NCBI GenBank assembly: GCA_964511085.1
Contig: CAZEDO010000004.1
Coordinates: 1,642-65,641 of the forward strand
Direction: 5' to 3'
Source of the DNA: an uncultured Lentimicrobiaceae bacterium
GTDB taxonomy: Bacteria; Bacteroidota; Bacteroidia; Bacteroidales; DASVHX01
DNA length: 64,000 nt
Position numbers and translations under genes: made by a program. The notes under the pieces are model-generated. The model made no database searches and was not told the DNA's origin. It saw only the letters and a list, made by a program, of their open reading frames with translations. Positions 1-10,474 of the stretch are shown here, one piece after another. The first letter of the stretch is position 1. Every line of letters begins with the position of its first letter.

Positions 1-1689
1 GATGAACTTAAGCATGGGGATAAAATAAAAGTGGTTGTCCAGAGCCAGCTAGGTGAGCAATTTCGGATCCCTGCATACATTCGCCGCGTTGAGCAGGATG
101 AAGACACTAAAAATTTCTCAGCCCAGGTATGGTCGCCTGAACCTTTTGACTGGAAAGGAGACAATTTTACAATACCCGGATCTAGCGGGTTATTTATTTA
201 TGAATGCCACGTTGGAATGGCCCAGGAAACCGAAGGTCTCGGATCGTATTCGGAATTTACAAATAATATCTTACCGCGTATACAAAAAGCCGGCTATAAT
301 GCAATTCAGCTTATGGCTATACAGGAACATCCTTACTATGGTTCGTTTGGATATCATGTGGCCAACTTCTTCGCACCGTCATCGCGTTTCGGAACTCCTG
401 AAGAATTAAAAACGCTGGTAAAAACAGCTCATAAAATGGGTATTGCCGTTATTTTGGATATTGTCCATTCGCATACCGTAAAAAACATCAATGAAGGTCT
501 GAATAAATTTGACGGAACCGATCATCAATACTTTCATTCAGGTCCAAGAGGCGAGCATCAATTATGGGATTCAATGCTCTTCGATTATGGCAAGATGGAA
601 GTACTTCAATTTCTACTTTCAAATGTTTCATACTGGTTGAAGGAATTCCGCTTCGACGGTTTCAGGTTTGATGGCGTTGGGTCTATGATGTATTTCCATC
701 ATGGAGATGAAACTATCGACAACCAGAAAAAGTACTTTTCCGATGGGGTAGAATATGATGCAATAACTTACCTTCAGTTAGCTAATTACCTGGCTCACGA
801 AATAAAAAAGAAAATTATTACAATTGCAGAAGATGTTACAGGAATGCCAGGACTTACAGTGCCAATAAATGACGGGGGAATGGGATTCGATTACAGGCTG
901 GGAATGGGTATTCCTGATTTTTGGATCAAGTTATTGAAAGAGGTGCCCGACGAAGACTGGAATGTATCCGAAATGTGGAGAGTGCTTAACGACAGGCTTC
1001 CATATGTTAATACTGTTAGTTACTGCGAATCCCATGATCAGGCACTTGTTGGCGACAAAACTATAGCATTCAGGCTAATGGATAAGGAGATGTATTACAA
1101 TATGCGTACAACGGATTCCAATCCGGTTGTCGATCGCGGTATTGCTCTGCATAAAATGATCAGGATATTTACACTTGCTTTAGGTGGTCAAGCATATTTG
1201 AATTTTATGGGCAATGAATTCGGCCATCCGGAATGGATTGATTTCCCTCGTGAAGGGAATGACTGGAGTTTCAAACATGCACGCCGGCAATGGTCATTGG
1301 TAGATAATTCCCATCTTTATTTCAGTAAACTTGCTAGTTTTGATATAGAGATGATAAGGATTGCAAAATCTGAGAAGCTTCTTTCATATGGGTTTGCAAA
1401 ACAGCTCAATGTTGATGAAGCAAATAAAACATTGATTTTCGAAAGAGGACCGTTGATTTTTATTTTCAACTTTCATATCAGCGAATCCATTCCCGGATAC
1501 GAATTTTTCGTTCCTGAAGGAGGTTCTTACCAGATTATCCTAAATACTGATAATGTAGCATTTGGGGGATTAGGACGTATAAATGAGAACATGTATTATC
1601 CAACAAACTTTCATTCTTCTACCGGGACCAACCATATGAGAATTTATCTTACAAGCCGCACAGCCATTGTAATGCGGAAAATCGTATAG
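1..1689 (+). CDS. glgB: 1,4-alpha-glucan branching enzyme, GH13 family (5' end cut by window edge)
   Basis: The frame is open from base 1, with no stop before the listed start at 31. The four GH13 conserved regions are visible (DIVHSH, GFRFDGVGSMMY, IAEDVTG, CESHDQ). Confidence 0.85.
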   Translation, partial: DELKHGDKIKVVVQSQLGEQFRIPAYIRRVEQDEDTKNFSAQVWSPEPFDWKGDNFTIPGSSGLFIYECHVGMAQETEGLGSYSEFTNNILPRIQKAGYNAIQLMAIQEHPYYGSFGYHVANFFAPSSRFGTPEELKTLVKTAHKMGIAVILDIVHSHTVKNINEGLNKFDGTDHQYFHSGPRGEHQLWDSMLFDYGKMEVLQFLLSNVSYWLKEFRFDGFRFDGVGSMMYFHHGDETIDNQKKYFSDGVEYDAITYLQLANYLAHEIKKKIITIAEDVTGMPGLTVPINDGGMGFDYRLGMGIPDFWIKLLKEVPDEDWNVSEMWRVLNDRLPYVNTVSYCESHDQALVGDKTIAFRLMDKEMYYNMRTTDSNPVVDRGIALHKMIRIFTLALGGQAYLNFMGNEFGHPEWIDFPREGNDWSFKHARRQWSLVDNSHLYFSKLASFDIEMIRIAKSEKLLSYGFAKQLNVDEANKTLIFERGPLIFIFNFHISESIPGYEFFVPEGGSYQIILNTDNVAFGGLGRINENMYYPTNFHSSTGTNHMRIYLTSRTAIVMRKIV

Positions 1690-1790
1690 ATATTGCTGTT
1701 CTTAAAATTAGTTAAATTTTTGAGCAGTCCTTTTGTATTTTATATTTGTTCCGTATTATTGTACGCCATTATATGAAACCTGATTAATTT

Positions 1791-2093
1791 ATGGATAAAA
1801 AACGTATTATCATTAGTTACAGTAATTTACCTTCTGAAGTACTTGAAGCCTTACGTATTAAATATCCTCTGGGCTATAGCAACTTTGTAATGAAAGTTCA
1901 AACCAGCAAAGATAATTTCTTCTATGCAGTTACGGTAGATACTGATGACACTAGTTATCTTGTGAAAGTCCCAGTTAAAATTGACACGAAAAGTGATAAA
2001 GATGATGAAGATATTTTTGATGATACCAGCAACGTCAAAGATCAGGAGGAAAATGCTGAAGAAGAAGAACCAGAAGCTGAAAAAGAAGACTAA
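1791..2093 (+). CDS. hypothetical protein with strongly acidic C-terminal tail
   Basis: 100-aa ORF with an ATG start, followed by a hairpin terminator at 2244-2280. No recognisable motif. Confidence 0.5.
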   Translation: MDKKRIIISYSNLPSEVLEALRIKYPLGYSNFVMKVQTSKDNFFYAVTVDTDDTSYLVKVPVKIDTKSDKDDEDIFDDTSNVKDQEENAEEEEPEAEKED

Positions 2094-2243
2094 TTCATGC
2101 TGATTTACAAGTTAAACCAACTTTTCGTTGTCTTCTTAACATTTTTTAACTAATTAAACTGTACTACTTTCATACTAACGTGTAATTTAGCAGCACGATA
2201 GAAATACAACATACGGCCTGACTAAGCGAATTAATTGAAAAAC

Positions 2244-2280
2244 AAAAAAAAAGGGAGCTTCTGAAGTTCCCTTTTTTGTT
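2244..2280. terminator. bidirectional Rho-independent terminator-like hairpin
   Basis: An A9 run, then stem GGGAGCT / AGTTCCC (one G-U pair) with a 5-nt loop, then a T6 run. Confidence 0.5.
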
Positions 2281-2361
2281 TTACGACCTACATATATTAT
2301 TTTCACCCGGAAACTTTCTTGCAAACACTCTTTCTATAATATTTAAAAAGGTATGCACTTC

Positions 2362-2406
2362 CAAAAAAACAAATGGGAGCTCTTCCTTGTCGAAAGATCT
2401 CCCATT
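2362..2406 (-). terminator. Rho-independent terminator-like hairpin (minus strand)
   Basis: Stem AATGGGAG / CTCCCATT. On the minus strand it is followed by TTTGTTTTTTT. It lies about 430 nt downstream of the stop of the 2835-3137 gene. Confidence 0.45.
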
Positions 2407-2834
2407 CACCGCCGGCCTGCCTTAGCTGCCAGACAGCGCCAAGTTACTGTTATTATGATCTCGATCTGTATTGGTTATCGCTAACCTAACTTTTATCTGG
2501 TTTTGCCGTTAACCTTTTGACGGGTTTTGGACTCTGCCTTGCTTTCAGTTTCGCCTTTCTAATAATTCCCTTGCGGGATTTCTTTTTGGGCTATGCGGTT
2601 GTTACTTGGTTTCTTTTCTTTCGAATTTCCGCTTTTTACTTCCACCCTGATTGCAGATCTTTTATCGCTCTCTTGGTGAAGTAAATTTACAACAAATTGC
2701 ACCCCTGATTCAAGTGTTTTACCTTCCTATTGCTAACAAAATATTCACATGTGTTATCAACAATTGTTAATATCATAAAAATAAATTGATAAATCTGCAA
2801 AAAGGTTTCTGGTAATTCAAGGGTATTTCAGCCA

Positions 2835-3137
2835 TTATTTTCTATTCCCTGGAAGAATTAAAACCGGTATGCCTTCTGAATTATGTGGATGGTTTGGATT
2901 GAGATAAACACGCCCGGTACAGTTAATTTTATCCACTTTACAAGCGATCGATTGACCATTCTCTACTCCATAGTCTTTATAATTCTTGCAAAGTAGAAAA
3001 TGTCTGATTTTAAATGGATCTTCCAGAATATAATATGCCTGTCCGTCCTGAAGCGTAGCAATGCTTATAACTTGAAATAGATAATGCTTTCCTACTTCCA
3101 GTCGCTTTCCAGTGTTATAATAACCGGGTGTTGTCAT
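2835..3137 (-). CDS. hypothetical protein, last gene of the relA transcription unit
   Basis: 100-aa ORF, 30 nt downstream of the RSH gene on the same strand. No motif recognised. Confidence 0.5.
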   Translation of the reverse strand: MTTPGYYNTGKRLEVGKHYLFQVISIATLQDGQAYYILEDPFKIRHFLLCKNYKDYGVENGQSIACKVDKINCTGRVYLNPNHPHNSEGIPVLILPGNRK

Positions 3138-3167
3138 TTTATTCAGAATATGTAAATGATGCCGCTA

Positions 3168-5372
3168 TTAGTTTATTCTTGATGCTTTAGAAATACCTTT
3201 AATTTTAATGAGCTTTTGCAATAGTTTATCAAGATGCTTTTTGTCAGGCACAACAACTGTGATCCTTCCTTCAAATTTGCCATTTGCCGAATCGAAACGA
3301 ATATTACGCATATTCACCCGGAGGTCATCAGAAATCATTTGAGATATAGAACTCACAATACCTAGTTGGTCATTGCCCTGAATTTGAATTTCGGCCAGGT
3401 ATGAAGAATCGGAAATGGAGGAATTCCATCGTGCATTTACAAGCCTGTAATTGTAAAAAGTACGCATCTGCCTTGCGTTCGGACAATCAACCCTGTGAAT
3501 TTTAATACCTTCACCTACGGTAATGAAACCGAAAATTTGATCACCCTGAACAGGATGGCAACATTTGGCGATTTTAAAATCTGAGAGTTCCTGATTGTCA
3601 TTTACAATTACCATCCCTCTTGCATTACTTATTTTCTCTTTCGGTAATAATGCATATCTGGTAAGCTGTTTTTCAGCAATTATTATCTCTTCCGGCTTGG
3701 GAGGTGGAAATAGTATTTCTCTGATACGAGAAATATCGGCTTTTTCTGTAGCAATGTTTTGAAAGAGCTCGAGAGGACTTTCCAATTTCAAATACGTTAG
3801 AATCTTATTCACAATCTCGTCACTATAATTAAGTTTAAGCTGTGACAGTTTGCGCTTAAGTATCTCTTTTCCAAGTTCAGCTTGCCCGAATTCTACTTCC
3901 TTAAGGTATCGCCTGATTTTGCTAATAGCCTTCGATGAACTAACAAAATTTAGCCAGTCGCCACTGGGATGCTGATTCTTAGAAGTGGTTACTTCAACCT
4001 GGTCACCTGTTTTAAGGACATGCTTTAATGGCACATAGGAATTGTTAACTTTGGCTCCAGAGCATTTTGAGCCCACATCGGAATGTATATCAAATGCAAA
4101 ATCGAGAACTGTAGATCCTGATTTTAGTTTTCTTAAGTCTCCATCAGGTGTAAAAACAAAAATAGAATCAGAATACAATTCCATTTTTGTTGAAACATTC
4201 AACTCCGTTTCACCAGGAAGTGGATTCTCAAGGATTTTTCGGACTTGTTTCAACCAGGTGTCCATTTCTTGCTCGTTTTTCATTTCTTTATACTTCCAAT
4301 GGGCCGCATGCCCCCCTTCGGCATTCTCATCCATGCGCATGGTCCTGATCTGCACTTCAACCCATTTATTTTCAGGCCCTTTTACTGTGGTATGCAATGA
4401 TTCGTAACCATTAACTTTAGGTACAGATATCCAGTCGCGAAGACGCAATGGATTTGGCTGGTAAATATTTGTAACAATACTGTATATTTTCCAGCAATCT
4501 TCCTTTTCGCGTTCGAGAAGGCTGTTAGAAATAATCCTGATAGCAAACAAGTCAAATACCTGCCTGAATTCAACATTCTGCTTTCTCATTTTTGTCCAGA
4601 TAGACGATATCGACTTTGTACGGGCTTTTATTTCTACATCAAAACCTTGTAACTGCAATTCTAAGCGAATAGGCGCTTCGAATTTCCTGATATATTGTTC
4701 CAGGCTTTCCCTGCTTTGTTCAATACCTTTTGCTATGGAATTGTATATTTCCGGCTGGGAATACTGCATTGCCAATTCTTCCAACTCAGTTTTTATTTTG
4801 TATAATCCAAGCCTGTGAGCGATAGGGGCATATAAGTTGGATGTTTCCGAAGCTATCTGCACCTGGTTTTCCGGGGAAAGACTTCCCAATATCCGCATAA
4901 AATGAAGCCTGTCCGCCAGTCGTATAAGGATAACCCTAACATCATCGGATAGTGATAGAAGTAACTGAATAAAATTCCCTGCATTCATCGAAACCTTGTC
5001 CATCCGCAATGATGAGATGCGCTCCAGGCTAATGAGAATCAATGTAATTTCCTTACCAAACCTGTTCTCCAGATCAGTCTTTGTAATTGAACTTTCCCGA
5101 AGGACATCCTGAAGCAACGCAGTAACAATGCTAATTGTCGTGAGGCCCATTTCATCAGCAACAATTTTAGCAACAGCAATGGAATGATAAAAATAAGGCT
5201 CCCCGGTTTCGCGGCGCATATCCTTATGCGCTTCAAGCACAAGTTCAAATGCTGACCGGATAAGTAATAAATCATGTGCACGGTTGATATGCCTGCACGA
5301 ATGCATCAGAAGCCTGTAACATCTGGTAATCTCTTTTAGCTCAATCTTTGATATTTTCCGCGAAGTATTCAT
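3168..5372 (-). CDS. relA: RelA/SpoT homologue (RSH), (p)ppGpp synthetase with apparently degenerate hydrolase domain
   Basis: Synthetase signatures are present (ARTKSISSIWTKM, EVQIRTMRMDENAEGGHAAHWKYKE), along with TGS-like and C-terminal ACT-like regions. The HD-domain motif reads LLQDVLRES where LLHDVxED is expected. Confidence 0.85.
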   Translation of the reverse strand: MNTSRKISKIELKEITRCYRLLMHSCRHINRAHDLLLIRSAFELVLEAHKDMRRETGEPYFYHSIAVAKIVADEMGLTTISIVTALLQDVLRESSITKTDLENRFGKEITLILISLERISSLRMDKVSMNAGNFIQLLLSLSDDVRVILIRLADRLHFMRILGSLSPENQVQIASETSNLYAPIAHRLGLYKIKTELEELAMQYSQPEIYNSIAKGIEQSRESLEQYIRKFEAPIRLELQLQGFDVEIKARTKSISSIWTKMRKQNVEFRQVFDLFAIRIISNSLLEREKEDCWKIYSIVTNIYQPNPLRLRDWISVPKVNGYESLHTTVKGPENKWVEVQIRTMRMDENAEGGHAAHWKYKEMKNEQEMDTWLKQVRKILENPLPGETELNVSTKMELYSDSIFVFTPDGDLRKLKSGSTVLDFAFDIHSDVGSKCSGAKVNNSYVPLKHVLKTGDQVEVTTSKNQHPSGDWLNFVSSSKAISKIRRYLKEVEFGQAELGKEILKRKLSQLKLNYSDEIVNKILTYLKLESPLELFQNIATEKADISRIREILFPPPKPEEIIIAEKQLTRYALLPKEKISNARGMVIVNDNQELSDFKIAKCCHPVQGDQIFGFITVGEGIKIHRVDCPNARQMRTFYNYRLVNARWNSSISDSSYLAEIQIQGNDQLGIVSSISQMISDDLRVNMRNIRFDSANGKFEGRITVVVPDKKHLDKLLQKLIKIKGISKASRIN

Positions 5373-5481
5373 AATATCAAATGCAAAAATATGCTATGTA
5401 TAAATATCCCTATAAGGTAGCAGGCAGAAGAACTAGCTGCCAGGAGAAAACCTGTATCTTGCTGTTATTGAATTAAATGAA

Positions 5482-6348
5482 TTACTCTTTCTTAGTTTTA
5501 AACTTAATTGTCCCGGAAGGTTTAACTGTGTTGTTTTTTCCTGAAGCTGGCTGAGCTGGCTCAAAATACTTCTGTGCTTCGGGCAGTAGTTTCCTGACTT
5601 CGGCTATACGGTGTTCATCACTGGGATGAGTGCTTAAGAATTCCGGTGGTTTTGCCCCACCTACTTTCGACATTTCCTGCCAAAAAAGTAATGCCCTTTG
5701 AGGGTCATATCCAGCCATTGCCATAAATATGAGTCCAAGCCTGTCAGCTTCAAGCTCATGCTGGCGTGAATAAGCCAAAACGCCTAACTGTGACCCAACT
5801 CCAAAGGCAGATAAAAAAAGATCTCTGGTTTGTTGCGGTTTTTGCTGCATATATATATCTAATCCAACACCAGCAGCTTCAATCGCAAGTTGTTGACTCA
5901 GACGCTCATTGCCATGACCGGCTATTGCGTGTGCTATTTCATGGCCTAAAACTACAGCTAACCCGGCATCATCCTTTGTAAGGGGCAAAATACCAGTATA
6001 AACAACAACTTTGCCGCCTGGCATACACCATGCATTAACATCCTGACTATTAACTGTGTTAAACTCCCATTTATAGCCTTTAATCCTGTCGGATAGTCCG
6101 TGACTATTCATGTATCTTTCAACAGCATTACTAACTCTTTGTCCCACCGCTGTTACTTCAGCCGAATTTTGAGTAGGAGGATTAACCGGTGGGTTAGCTT
6201 TTAGGAATGAGGCATAGTTAGCATTACTCATTTCATTAATCTGGCTATCAGTAAGCAATTTGAGCTGCCGGCGCCCTGTTATCGGTACTTTGGAACAGGA
6301 AAAAATAATTAGTGAAAATGTTAAAATATAAATCAGTTTGATTCTCAT
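5482..6348 (-). CDS. M48 family zinc metallopeptidase, lipoprotein
   Basis: HEIAH zinc motif (LGHEIAHAIAGH). The start was chosen at MRIKLIYILTFSLIIFSCSK (lipobox). The longer start at 6387 would overlap clpS. Confidence 0.8.
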   Translation of the reverse strand: MRIKLIYILTFSLIIFSCSKVPITGRRQLKLLTDSQINEMSNANYASFLKANPPVNPPTQNSAEVTAVGQRVSNAVERYMNSHGLSDRIKGYKWEFNTVNSQDVNAWCMPGGKVVVYTGILPLTKDDAGLAVVLGHEIAHAIAGHGNERLSQQLAIEAAGVGLDIYMQQKPQQTRDLFLSAFGVGSQLGVLAYSRQHELEADRLGLIFMAMAGYDPQRALLFWQEMSKVGGAKPPEFLSTHPSDEHRIAEVRKLLPEAQKYFEPAQPASGKNNTVKPSGTIKFKTKKE

Positions 6349-6370
6349 ATAAATTTGTTTATAAAAAGTT

Positions 6371-6643
6371 CTATTCAATTGCAACAATCAGACCCAAACT
6401 ATCCAATCCATTTCTAAAAGGAATCAGATAATCGTGGCTTCCCGATTTAACATCGCAGCGACCCTTATAATGGACAATCATAGTGCATTGTTCAGCAGTT
6501 ACCGGATCATGACCACAAACTTCAATTAATGATTCGATCACAAAATCAAAAGTATGTTCATCATCATTAAACAGGATCAACTTTTTAGAATATGAATCCA
6601 ACGTTTTTTCCTGCTGTGTAATACTCTCTTTTTCTTTAATCAC
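6371..6643 (-). CDS. clpS: ATP-dependent Clp protease adaptor ClpS
   Basis: 90 aa. The core LILFNDDEHTFDFVIESL matches the ClpS signature (VILxNDDxxxxxFV). Confidence 0.8.
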   Translation of the reverse strand: MIKEKESITQQEKTLDSYSKKLILFNDDEHTFDFVIESLIEVCGHDPVTAEQCTMIVHYKGRCDVKSGSHDYLIPFRNGLDSLGLIVAIE

Positions 6644-6742
6644 AACAGGAATTTATAAAATGAATAATTATTAAACACATTTCAACAGTTTTTGTTATCT
6701 CTGCTGTAAATTTACTCAATTTTGATAAGATAGCTAATAATC

Positions 6743-7399
6743 ATGGATCATTTGAAGAAATGGGAAAAGTTCACCGGACTACTTGCAGAACGTATAAACC
6801 TTGGATTACCTGGCATTGATGCGCAATTACTGATGGCCCCGGTACATAGAATAAATGATATCAGGTCTGGGTTGTTGAGTAACGATTCGGTTAAAAGCAG
6901 TGTACTTATACTTCTATATCCTGAAGGAGAATTAATTAAGACTGTTGTAATTCTAAGACCGTCTTATAGCGGAGTTCATAGCGGACAGATCAGCTTGCCG
7001 GGCGGAAAGTGGGAAACCGCTGACTTTGATATAGCAACAACAGCATTACGCGAGACTTATGAGGAAATTGGTGTTCATCCATCCGAAATACGGTTGCTGG
7101 GTCAAATTTCTCCACTTTACATTCCTCCCAGTAATTATATCGTATTTCCATTCATAGGTATAGCAGACAAAAAGCCTGAATTCATTAAGGATCCTATAGA
7201 AGTCGCGGAAATTATTGAAATAGATATCGCTGAATTATTGAACAAGGACACATGCACAAGCCATATACTAACCTTCAAAGACGGGACTTCTCTGGATGTG
7301 CCTTGTTACAAGTTTGGAGATACCGTGATATGGGGTGCTACGGCAATGATTCTGAGTGAATTCACAGCTCTTTTTGAAAACAACTTTCTTCCCGAATAA
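6743..7399 (+). CDS. NUDIX hydrolase, CoA pyrophosphatase-like
   Basis: Nudix box GGKWETADFDIATTALRETYEEIGV. Confidence 0.75.
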   Translation: MDHLKKWEKFTGLLAERINLGLPGIDAQLLMAPVHRINDIRSGLLSNDSVKSSVLILLYPEGELIKTVVILRPSYSGVHSGQISLPGGKWETADFDIATTALRETYEEIGVHPSEIRLLGQISPLYIPPSNYIVFPFIGIADKKPEFIKDPIEVAEIIEIDIAELLNKDTCTSHILTFKDGTSLDVPCYKFGDTVIWGATAMILSEFTALFENNFLPE

Positions 7400-7428
7400 T
7401 AGTGCTAACTCAGGATTAGATCATACGG

Positions 7429-7854
7429 TTATTCTTCAACTTCTATCCTTGCAATAATCTTTGCAGATTTTCCGAGCATTGCACTCACGCCACAATAGCG
7501 TTCCTGTGATAAATTTACAGCTTTCTCCAGTTTATCCAAGGGTAAATCTTTGCCCTTGAAATGATAAATTATTGTGATCGTGTTGTAAACTTTAGGATGT
7601 TCTTCGCTGAGATCACCTGTTATTGTCATCCTGAATTTTTCAGGTACAACACGCATCTTAGCGAGAATCGATATAACATCCATGCCAGAACAGCCGCCAA
7701 GTGATGCAAGGGTTAATGCTTTCGGACGAGGTCCCCGGTCATTTCCTCCGACAGCCTCACTGGCATCAAGAATAATTTTATGATTGGAAACTTCTGCTTC
7801 AAAGGCCATACTATCAATCCATTTTACTTCAACGTTATCACTCATGATTTTCAA
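7429..7854 (-). CDS. OsmC family peroxiredoxin-like protein
   Basis: 141 aa with the OsmC-type pattern GPRPKALTLASLGGCSGMDV and a second conserved Cys (RYCGVS). Confidence 0.75.
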   Translation of the reverse strand: MKIMSDNVEVKWIDSMAFEAEVSNHKIILDASEAVGGNDRGPRPKALTLASLGGCSGMDVISILAKMRVVPEKFRMTITGDLSEEHPKVYNTITIIYHFKGKDLPLDKLEKAVNLSQERYCGVSAMLGKSAKIIARIEVEE

Positions 7855-7902
7855 TTATTAGTTGTATTATATTCACTTAATAGAAGTTCAATTTTGGCAT
7901 CA

Positions 7903-9543
7903 TTATGGAAATACCCTTTCGCCTCCCAGATAGGTATTCTCAACCTTAGTTTTAAGTATATCAATGGCAGATCCGTTTATAAGATCTGTATCCAGAATTA
8001 CAAAATCGGCATATTTACCCGGTTCTATACTTCCTTTTTTATTCTCCTCGAAAGCTGCCATGGCAGGCCAAATTGTAATACTACGCAGTGCATCCTCGCG
8101 GGAAAGAGCATTTTCGGATTGGAATCCACCAACAGGAAAACCATCTTTATCCATGCGAAAAACCGCTGAATAGAAAGTTAATAAAGGATTGATATGCTCT
8201 ATCGGAAAATCAGTACCATTAGGAATCCAGCCATTTTGCTGCATAAGTGTATGATATGCATAGGCATTTTTGACACGAACCTTCCCTAACCTATCTGCAG
8301 CCCAATACATATCGGAAGTTGCATGTGCGGCTTGCACGGATGGAATGATGGAATTATCCCCGAATAGATGTATGTCTGAAGGGTCAACTACCTGTGCATG
8401 TTCTATCCTCCATCTTTTATCGTTTTTTCCATTCAGTACAGATGCATACATCTTTAGAACTATTCTTACAGCTGAATCGCCAATGGCATGAGTATTCACC
8501 TGGTAACCATTTTCGAGTGCCAACCTGCATATACTTTGCATTGTTTCGATAGAACTAACAATCATTCCGCTATTGGAAGGTTCATCAGAATATGGATTAA
8601 GAAGGCATGCACCACGGGATCCCAGTGCACCATCAGCATAAAGTTTAATGGAACGGATACTCAGATGATCGGTAATCTTTGGTCCGTGATTAACAAAATG
8701 CAGTATGTTTTCGCTGCTTGGGTTCAGCATTGCATAAATCCTGATCCGAAGTTTGCCTGATTGCTGAAGCGTATCAATTAGTATGATCGTATTTTTATCC
8801 AGGCCGGCATCAGTAACTGAAGTTAATCCGGCTTCGAAACAGTTTTTTTCTGCCTGGGCTAATAAATTGTACAAATCTATGCCTTGCGGGCTTGGGATTG
8901 CCTGCCTAAGTTTATCAGCTGTGTTTTCGAGAAACACACCTGAGAATTTCCCGTTAACTAAAATCCCTTCTCCCTTTTTAACATCATCGATATTTTTAAT
9001 ACCGGCTAGCTTTATCGCTGAAGAATTAGCAAGCACTGCATGACCATCAATTCTGGTGAGGACAACCGGAGTATCAGGAAATAACTCATCCAGTTTCTGA
9101 TTGTCAGGGAAGTGTTTGTCCTGCCATTTGTTCTGATCCCATCCCCTGCCAACCAACCAGGCTGTGGGATGATTTGATGCATGTTTTTTGAGTAGTTCAA
9201 TCATTTCTGCCTCGGAAGCTGATGACGTAAGATCAGCGTATTCTAAATTAAGGGCATAACCATAGAAGTGTGCATGAGCGTCAATAAATCCGGGATAAAC
9301 AAATTTTTTGCCAGCATCAATTATTTCATGCGCTTCATAGCGGCTAACAATTTCAGATTCTCTGCCCACAGCAACAAACTTTCCACCGGAAACAGCAAAA
9401 CAATCACATTTGGAAAATTTAGCGTCAAGTGTATAAATCGTTGCATTACGGACTATGAGATCAACCATTACTTTCATCCCGGAGCTATTTAGATACATAG
9501 AAGAGAGAATCATCAAAACTATAATACTTATTTTTTTACGCAT
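7903..9543 (-). CDS. amidohydrolase family protein (YtcJ-like), secreted
   Basis: N-terminal signal peptide, metal-binding PGFIDAHAHF motif, and a 546-aa length typical of the family. Confidence 0.8.
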   Translation of the reverse strand: MRKKISIIVLMILSSMYLNSSGMKVMVDLIVRNATIYTLDAKFSKCDCFAVSGGKFVAVGRESEIVSRYEAHEIIDAGKKFVYPGFIDAHAHFYGYALNLEYADLTSSASEAEMIELLKKHASNHPTAWLVGRGWDQNKWQDKHFPDNQKLDELFPDTPVVLTRIDGHAVLANSSAIKLAGIKNIDDVKKGEGILVNGKFSGVFLENTADKLRQAIPSPQGIDLYNLLAQAEKNCFEAGLTSVTDAGLDKNTIILIDTLQQSGKLRIRIYAMLNPSSENILHFVNHGPKITDHLSIRSIKLYADGALGSRGACLLNPYSDEPSNSGMIVSSIETMQSICRLALENGYQVNTHAIGDSAVRIVLKMYASVLNGKNDKRWRIEHAQVVDPSDIHLFGDNSIIPSVQAAHATSDMYWAADRLGKVRVKNAYAYHTLMQQNGWIPNGTDFPIEHINPLLTFYSAVFRMDKDGFPVGGFQSENALSREDALRSITIWPAMAAFEENKKGSIEPGKYADFVILDTDLINGSAIDILKTKVENTYLGGERVFP

Positions 9544-9773
9544 AGAAATTCAGATAATCATTGGATATTTTCGCAAATTTAAGATTAATAACTACCTGAA
9601 GAAGTTACGTCCGAACATTATTCATCCAGGTTGGTTTAATTCTATTCATTCAATAAAATACAAAATGCACTTTGTTTCATTTGACAGTAATCACATTCTT
9701 ATCAAATAATAACAACGTGTACGCTATTTTTATACTTTTGTCATTTAGTCTCAATTTCATAATTCGCATTGTC

Positions 9774-10301
9774 ATGAACAAATCATTAATTACACCCAGG
9801 TTTCTTGTCATCATATCAGTTATTGCAGGAGCCGCATTTTTGAGGCTTATTCCACATTGGCCTAATTTTACGCCAATTGCCGGTATTGCTCTATTCGGAG
9901 GAACCTATTTGGTACGTAAACAACTGGCATTTATTATTCCTTTTGCAGCTATGCTACTTAGTGATCTCTTACTTGGTTTTCACCAAACTATGCTGGCTGT
10001 ATATACCAGTTTTGCACTTATTGTTGGCATAGGTCTTATATTGCGCGAGCGGGTTGGTATTTTCACAGTTGTCTCTGCTTCAGTTGTTTCTTCACTCGTT
10101 TTTTTTCTTGTCACTAATTTTGCTTCCTGGCAATCAGGTATGATGCCATATCCGATGAATTTCAACGGTCTGATTCAAGCCTATGCTGCCGGCCTCCCTT
10201 TCCTTAATAATGGCATACTTGGAGATCTTTTTTACAATTCAGTGTTTTTTGGTGGCTTTTACCTTGTGTCCCTGAAATTTCCTCAACTTGCTCGTTCATA
10301 A
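9774..10301 (+). CDS. small polytopic membrane protein (DUF6580-like, family call tentative)
   Basis: The ATG at 9774 (MNKSLITPRFLV...) begins the hydrophobic protein. The upstream extension to 9672 is AT-rich low-complexity sequence. Confidence 0.55.
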   Translation: MNKSLITPRFLVIISVIAGAAFLRLIPHWPNFTPIAGIALFGGTYLVRKQLAFIIPFAAMLLSDLLLGFHQTMLAVYTSFALIVGIGLILRERVGIFTVVSASVVSSLVFFLVTNFASWQSGMMPYPMNFNGLIQAYAAGLPFLNNGILGDLFYNSVFFGGFYLVSLKFPQLARS

Positions 10302-10474
10302 CCTTTATTTTATACTGAATCTTTGCGGTTTAAATTCGGCGAGCCTTTTAGTGTTGTAAAAGTAAAAGCTGCATAGATAAAATTATACCTGACGGTTATA
10401 GGCAATAAATATAATATGTTTTAGAACCATTGCACTTCTAAAATAATTTGTAAATCTAATCATACTCATCAACT

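Noticed and set aside
2407-2460. Possible SRP (4.5S) RNA, because the minus strand reads GGCAGCTAAGGCAG, reminiscent of AGCAGCCAAGGCAG
   Set aside because: The flanking GGAAGGAAGCAGCC / GUCAGGUCC elements and the symmetric helix-8 partner are absent. The similarity is too short to mean anything.
9672-9773. Upstream-extended starts offered by the ORF track (9672, 13022, 53443, 54209, 6387, 16420, 44032, 59251, 50363, 62334)
   Set aside because: In each case the extension overlaps the previous gene, is AT-rich low-complexity sequence, or starts at a non-ATG codon. An internal ATG reproduces the canonical family N-terminus or signal peptide.
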